The position numbers were made by a program, and so were the translations under genes. The notes beneath the pieces are model-generated. The model made no database searches, was not told the origin of the DNA, and saw only the letters and a program-made list of their open reading frames with translations. From Candidatus Eiseniibacteriota bacterium (GTDB lineage Bacteria > Eisenbacteria > RBG-16-71-46), in NCBI GenBank assembly GCA_031364845.1, contig JANLWX010000231.1, forward strand, positions 1 to 64,000: DNA of 64,000 nt. The letters run 5' to 3'. Positions 60,694 to 64,000 of the stretch are shown in pieces (position 1 is the stretch's first letter; every line of letters begins with the position of its first letter).

Positions 60694-61146
60694 CTACTTC
60701 TTCTTCGCCGTTTTCTTCGCCGCCGCCGAACGCGTCGATTTCACGCGCGTGTACGCCGCGATCGTCCGCGCGCGAAATGCCTGGTGCGCCTCTACCATCT
60801 TTTCGAACTGGTAGAGGTAGGTCGGACGGATGTCGCCGCGCGCTTCCTCGACCCAGCCCTTGCAGCGCTCCCACGTCACGATGTCTTCGCCGGTGTGATC
60901 GAAGAACAGCTCGGCGTGCAGCACGCCGCGGTTCACGAGCGTGGCCACCATCTCCCAGTAGGACGTCGTCATGCGGAAGTGGCGGTCTTCATCGGTGTGC
61001 GACAGATAGCGCAGCTTGATCTCCATCCAGCCGCTGGGCTTGAAGTCGGTGAGGAACCACTGGCGCGCGCGCCGCAGTTCCGGATCGCGCCGCATCTCGT
61101 ACAGGCGGAGCAGCAGCTCCGCGTCCGCGTGACTCGGGTTTCGCAT
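60694..61146 (-). CDS. Hypothetical protein, DUF4760-like
   Basis: ADAELLLRLYEMRR...RRARQW and SYWEMVATLV..G pattern; RBS GAGGA. Confidence 0.7.
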   Translation of the reverse strand: MRNPSHADAELLLRLYEMRRDPELRRARQWFLTDFKPSGWMEIKLRYLSHTDEDRHFRMTTSYWEMVATLVNRGVLHAELFFDHTGEDIVTWERCKGWVEEARGDIRPTYLYQFEKMVEAHQAFRARTIAAYTRVKSTRSAAAKKTAKKK

Positions 61147-61227
61147 GAGTGATCCTCGGAGTGAGGGTTGAGTTCAAACGTCTGACGGGTACTTCCAACG
61201 GAACTGACGAACGATGCGGTCGCGTGC

Positions 61228-61737
61228 TCACGGCGCGCGAAAACGAATTCTTCCCTGGGCGTCCCACGCCGTGATCGTTCCCGCGCCGTCCTCGCGCGCG
61301 CCGATCACGACGCTCGAACCGTCCTTTTGCCTGCCCACTGCGAGTTCGGACCGGCGCGAACCGACCAGCGAAGCGAGCCCGGTGCCGTCCGGTCCTTTGA
61401 GTGTGAGATGCGCGACCCCGTTCTGCTGTGCTTCGAGCAGCACGGCACCCGTCGCGCCCGCGCGGCCGAGCACCAGCCGGATGGTCCCGTTGCGATCGAC
61501 CTCCATGCCGCCCACCGGACGGCTGTCCGGATCACGCAGGAGAATACGATTCGCCTCGATCACATCGAAACGCCCGGTCGTCGCGGGAACCAGCGAGCGT
61601 CCGCGCGGCATCGCCAGCGTCGCCGCCATGGTGGCGATCGCCACGAACATCGCGACCACCGCGATGCCGCGCGCGCTCTGGTTCTGGCGCTCGAGGGCTT
61701 CGACTCGTTCCACGAGGATCTGCATTTCCGGATTCAC
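61228..61737 (-). CDS. Hypothetical single-pass membrane protein (coiled coil, TM, beta-rich domain)
   Basis: GGAGGA RBS before GTG; ERVEALERQN, TM segment, then EANRILLRD.D and short beta-hairpin repeats. Confidence 0.7.
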   Translation of the reverse strand: MNPEMQILVERVEALERQNQSARGIAVVAMFVAIATMAATLAMPRGRSLVPATTGRFDVIEANRILLRDPDSRPVGGMEVDRNGTIRLVLGRAGATGAVLLEAQQNGVAHLTLKGPDGTGLASLVGSRRSELAVGRQKDGSSVVIGAREDGAGTITAWDAQGRIRFRAP

Positions 61738-61750
61738 GGGGTCCTCCGCA

Positions 61751-62200
61751 TCAGCTGCCGAGCCATTTCCGGGCGGCGAGCGACAGTCGCTCGCGACCGA
61801 GCAGATAGAGCCATGCCGCGCTCGCGGCCACCAGCCCCGATACACGGATGACGGCGTTCGCGAAGCGTGCCGCCTGATCGGCGTCGGCGGACGACATCAT
61901 GACTTTCAACGCGGCCACCAGCGACAGTACTTCGATTCCGAACAGCAGCGGGATGCCGATCGCCGCCGCGCTCAGGCGCCGCGCGCGCGTTGCCCACGCG
62001 CTCGCGAGACACAGTGCGACGAACACGCCGATGTCGAACGGATAGAACAGCTCGAGGTCGACGATCTCGATCTCGCTTCCACGCGGTGCCGCGATGCGTG
62101 CGCCGACCGCGGCCACGGCGTGTTCCCACGACGGATGCAGGTGCCACGCCACGAAGAACGCGAGCGTGGCCCACGCCATGAAGCGCAACAGGAACTTCAC
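61751..62200 (-). CDS. Exosortase-associated multi-pass membrane protein
   Basis: GTG start overlaps the exosortase stop (GTGA); about 4 TM segments; FVALCLAS...RRL..AAIGIPLL parallels the exosortase core but lacks its catalytic motifs. Confidence 0.7.
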   Translation of the reverse strand: MKFLLRFMAWATLAFFVAWHLHPSWEHAVAAVGARIAAPRGSEIEIVDLELFYPFDIGVFVALCLASAWATRARRLSAAAIGIPLLFGIEVLSLVAALKVMMSSADADQAARFANAVIRVSGLVAASAAWLYLLGRERLSLAARKWLGS

Positions 62201-62733
62201 GCCGCCGCCGGCTTGCGAGTGGAAGCGGCAGGTCCGATCCAGCGCAGCCACAATGCAAACGTGGCGAACAACACCAGCACGGTTCCCGTCTGCCACAGAT
62301 ACACGTGCGCAAAGTCGAACCATGCAGGGCGCCAGATCAGGATCTGGATCAATGCAATGATCCGCACGGTGTTGAATAGATGGATGACGATTGCGCCGAA
62401 CAGGAGGCCGAGCGCTCGCTGGCGCCATCCCGATGGGAACGCGAGCACCACCGCCGCGAAGATCAGGTAGGGAATGTGCGGGCTGCAGTCGCTCACGATG
62501 CTGACCCCCTGCCCGCCCGCGTAGATCGAATCGCCGACGCGCCGGACTTCCTGCCGCGTCAGCCGGAATGCCTGCTCGACCGTCCCCACCGTGATCGCGA
62601 TGCCGAATCGCTCGACGCCGGGAAAACGGCTGAGCACGAGCAGCGCCACTCCCCAGTAAGCCACACACAGGGCGAGGAAGCGCAGCACCGGACTCTTGGA
62701 GTTCGTGGGAAGCGGCTTGGGCTTGCGGCTCAT
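62197..62733 (-). CDS. Exosortase H-like (exosortase/archaeosortase family) transpeptidase
   Basis: Multi-TM; Cys in SIVSDCSP, Arg in FNTVRI, His in FDFAHVYLWQ; AAVVLAFP..W..R..G..FG pattern of XrtH. Confidence 0.85.
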   Translation of the reverse strand: MSRKPKPLPTNSKSPVLRFLALCVAYWGVALLVLSRFPGVERFGIAITVGTVEQAFRLTRQEVRRVGDSIYAGGQGVSIVSDCSPHIPYLIFAAVVLAFPSGWRQRALGLLFGAIVIHLFNTVRIIALIQILIWRPAWFDFAHVYLWQTGTVLVLFATFALWLRWIGPAASTRKPAAA

Positions 62734-62910
62734 GATCGATGGTAGGGTGAAGGGTGTGTTGCGAGGCTGTCGCGAACTGCACGCGTCGCCATGGATGTCA
62801 CGATGTGTCGCGAGGCCGCCGGCGGCCGAGCGTCATTCGGCGCGAGGTTACGCCCGCCAGCCACGCGCGCCAAACTCGAAGCGCGCGAATTCCATGATCC
62901 GGGAGCTGTG

Positions 62911-64000
62911 ATGCCGCCACGACCCGCCTCTCCATCGACGCGCACCGTCACGTTGTTGATCGCCGCCGGCTTTGCGATCCGGCTGTGGGTCGCGATGCGC
63001 GCCGGAATCATCGAACACGACGGCGCCTACTACGCCGGACTGGCCGCGGCGCTACTGCGTGGGGATACCGCACACGCGTGGAGCACGGTGTGGCCTCCGC
63101 TCTATCCGGTTCTGGTCGCGATCGCTGCATGGCCGTTCGCCTCCGCGCAGTCGCTGACTCCCGAGCGTCTCGAGATTGCGGCACGGCTGGTCTCGGTCGT
63201 CGCGGGAACCATTGCACTCGCGCTGCTGCATCGCTGGGCGCATCGCAAGGCCGGTGAGCGCGCCGCACTCGTGACGCTCGGCGTCGCCGCGTTCCACCCG
63301 CGGCTCGTTCAATACTCGGCGAGCGCGTTGACCGAGATGACGTTCATCGCGCTGCTGCTCGCCGGCCTCACACTCATCGCGTCGGGTGACGATGAGGAGG
63401 GTCAACGTCCGCCGGGTGCCGGCACCGATCTCGCCGCGGGTGCCGCGTTCGGTCTCGCTTCGCTCGCCCGTCCCGAAGGCATCGTGCTCGCCGCGGCGGT
63501 GGCGATGGCACTCGCGCTGCGCGGAGTGCGCGCCGCGCGGCCGCGGCTGAGGCTCGCGTTTCTGCTCGGCGTCATGGTGACCGTGTTGCCGTGGGCCGCA
63601 TATCTCAACGCTCAACTGGGCCACGTGTCACTCGGCGAGAAGGGAGCGTACAATTTCTGGCGCGAGTTCAAGCTGGAGTATCGCGCGCACTTTGGTGATC
63701 CGCCGGGTCTCTCCGAGCGCGTGTTCGAGAGCCCGGAACTCGCCGCCTCGATCCCCCCCGCGCCAGTGAACGTCGGGGGATTCGTGCGTGCGGAGCCGGG
63801 GCTCGTGATGTCGCGATCGATCGGGCGGCTGTGGCGCATCGTCTCGCAATCAATGCCGCAGGCGTGTTATCCGGTGTGGTTCGCGTTCGCGATCCTCGGC
63901 ATTCCGCTGCTGACCCGGCGCGAGTGGTGGCCGGCCGCGGCGATGCTGGCGGCACTTCCGCTCCTCTACGCTCCGTTCTCGTCGGACCGGCGTTTCATGG
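62911..64000 (+). CDS. GT-C fold glycosyltransferase (ArnT/PMT-like), truncated at window end
   Basis: Frame open from ATG 62911: TM1-IRL...EHDGAYYAGLA...WPPLYP...LTE..F..L...LARPEG; multi-TM. Absent from the ORF track because it has no stop. Confidence 0.8.
   Translation, partial: MPPRPASPSTRTVTLLIAAGFAIRLWVAMRAGIIEHDGAYYAGLAAALLRGDTAHAWSTVWPPLYPVLVAIAAWPFASAQSLTPERLEIAARLVSVVAGTIALALLHRWAHRKAGERAALVTLGVAAFHPRLVQYSASALTEMTFIALLLAGLTLIASGDDEEGQRPPGAGTDLAAGAAFGLASLARPEGIVLAAAVAMALALRGVRAARPRLRLAFLLGVMVTVLPWAAYLNAQLGHVSLGEKGAYNFWREFKLEYRAHFGDPPGLSERVFESPELAASIPPAPVNVGGFVRAEPGLVMSRSIGRLWRIVSQSMPQACYPVWFAFAILGIPLLTRREWWPAAAMLAALPLLYAPFSSDRRFM

Overview
High-GC bacterial chromosomal window. The gene content and the secreted proteins ending in Ig + FlgD/T9SS-like tails suggest an FCB-related diderm such as Ca. 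Eisenbacteria; this is an inference. Almost all genes lie on the minus strand. The core blocks, in transcription order, are: tRNA-Val-thrS-[6.6 kb repeat-protein gene]-infC-rpmI-rplT-pheS-pheT-zapB-zapA-6S RNA-rny-ymdB/folD fusion-xseAB-ispA-DUF212-dxs-nadK-(SPase-like)-recN-trpEGDCFB (no trpA)-tRNA-Arg; a WbpB/WbpD/WbpE-like sugar operon followed by a sigma-54 two-component pair, lptE, holA, a flavo-oxidase, leuS and lpxR; and an exosortase operon running into aroC and aroF. An accessory patch (about 16.9-24.4 kb) carries an AbiE type IV toxin-antitoxin pair with a perfect operator palindrome, between two secreted beta-helix and Kelch proteins. The most notable items are: an in-frame YmdB-FolD fusion in the 6S/RNase Y operon; a 2214-aa protein made of six copies of an unrecognised 6-Cys module separated by IPT/TIG pairs; an exosortase H-like sorting system with a variant VPMSS-CTERM target and a divergent GT-C glycosyltransferase; three proteins sharing a T9SS-like C-terminal tail; an L20-type attenuator with an AUU-start infC; a 122-bp MITE; and a PheS with altered amino-acid-pocket residues. 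All family calls come from motif recognition by eye, not database searches.
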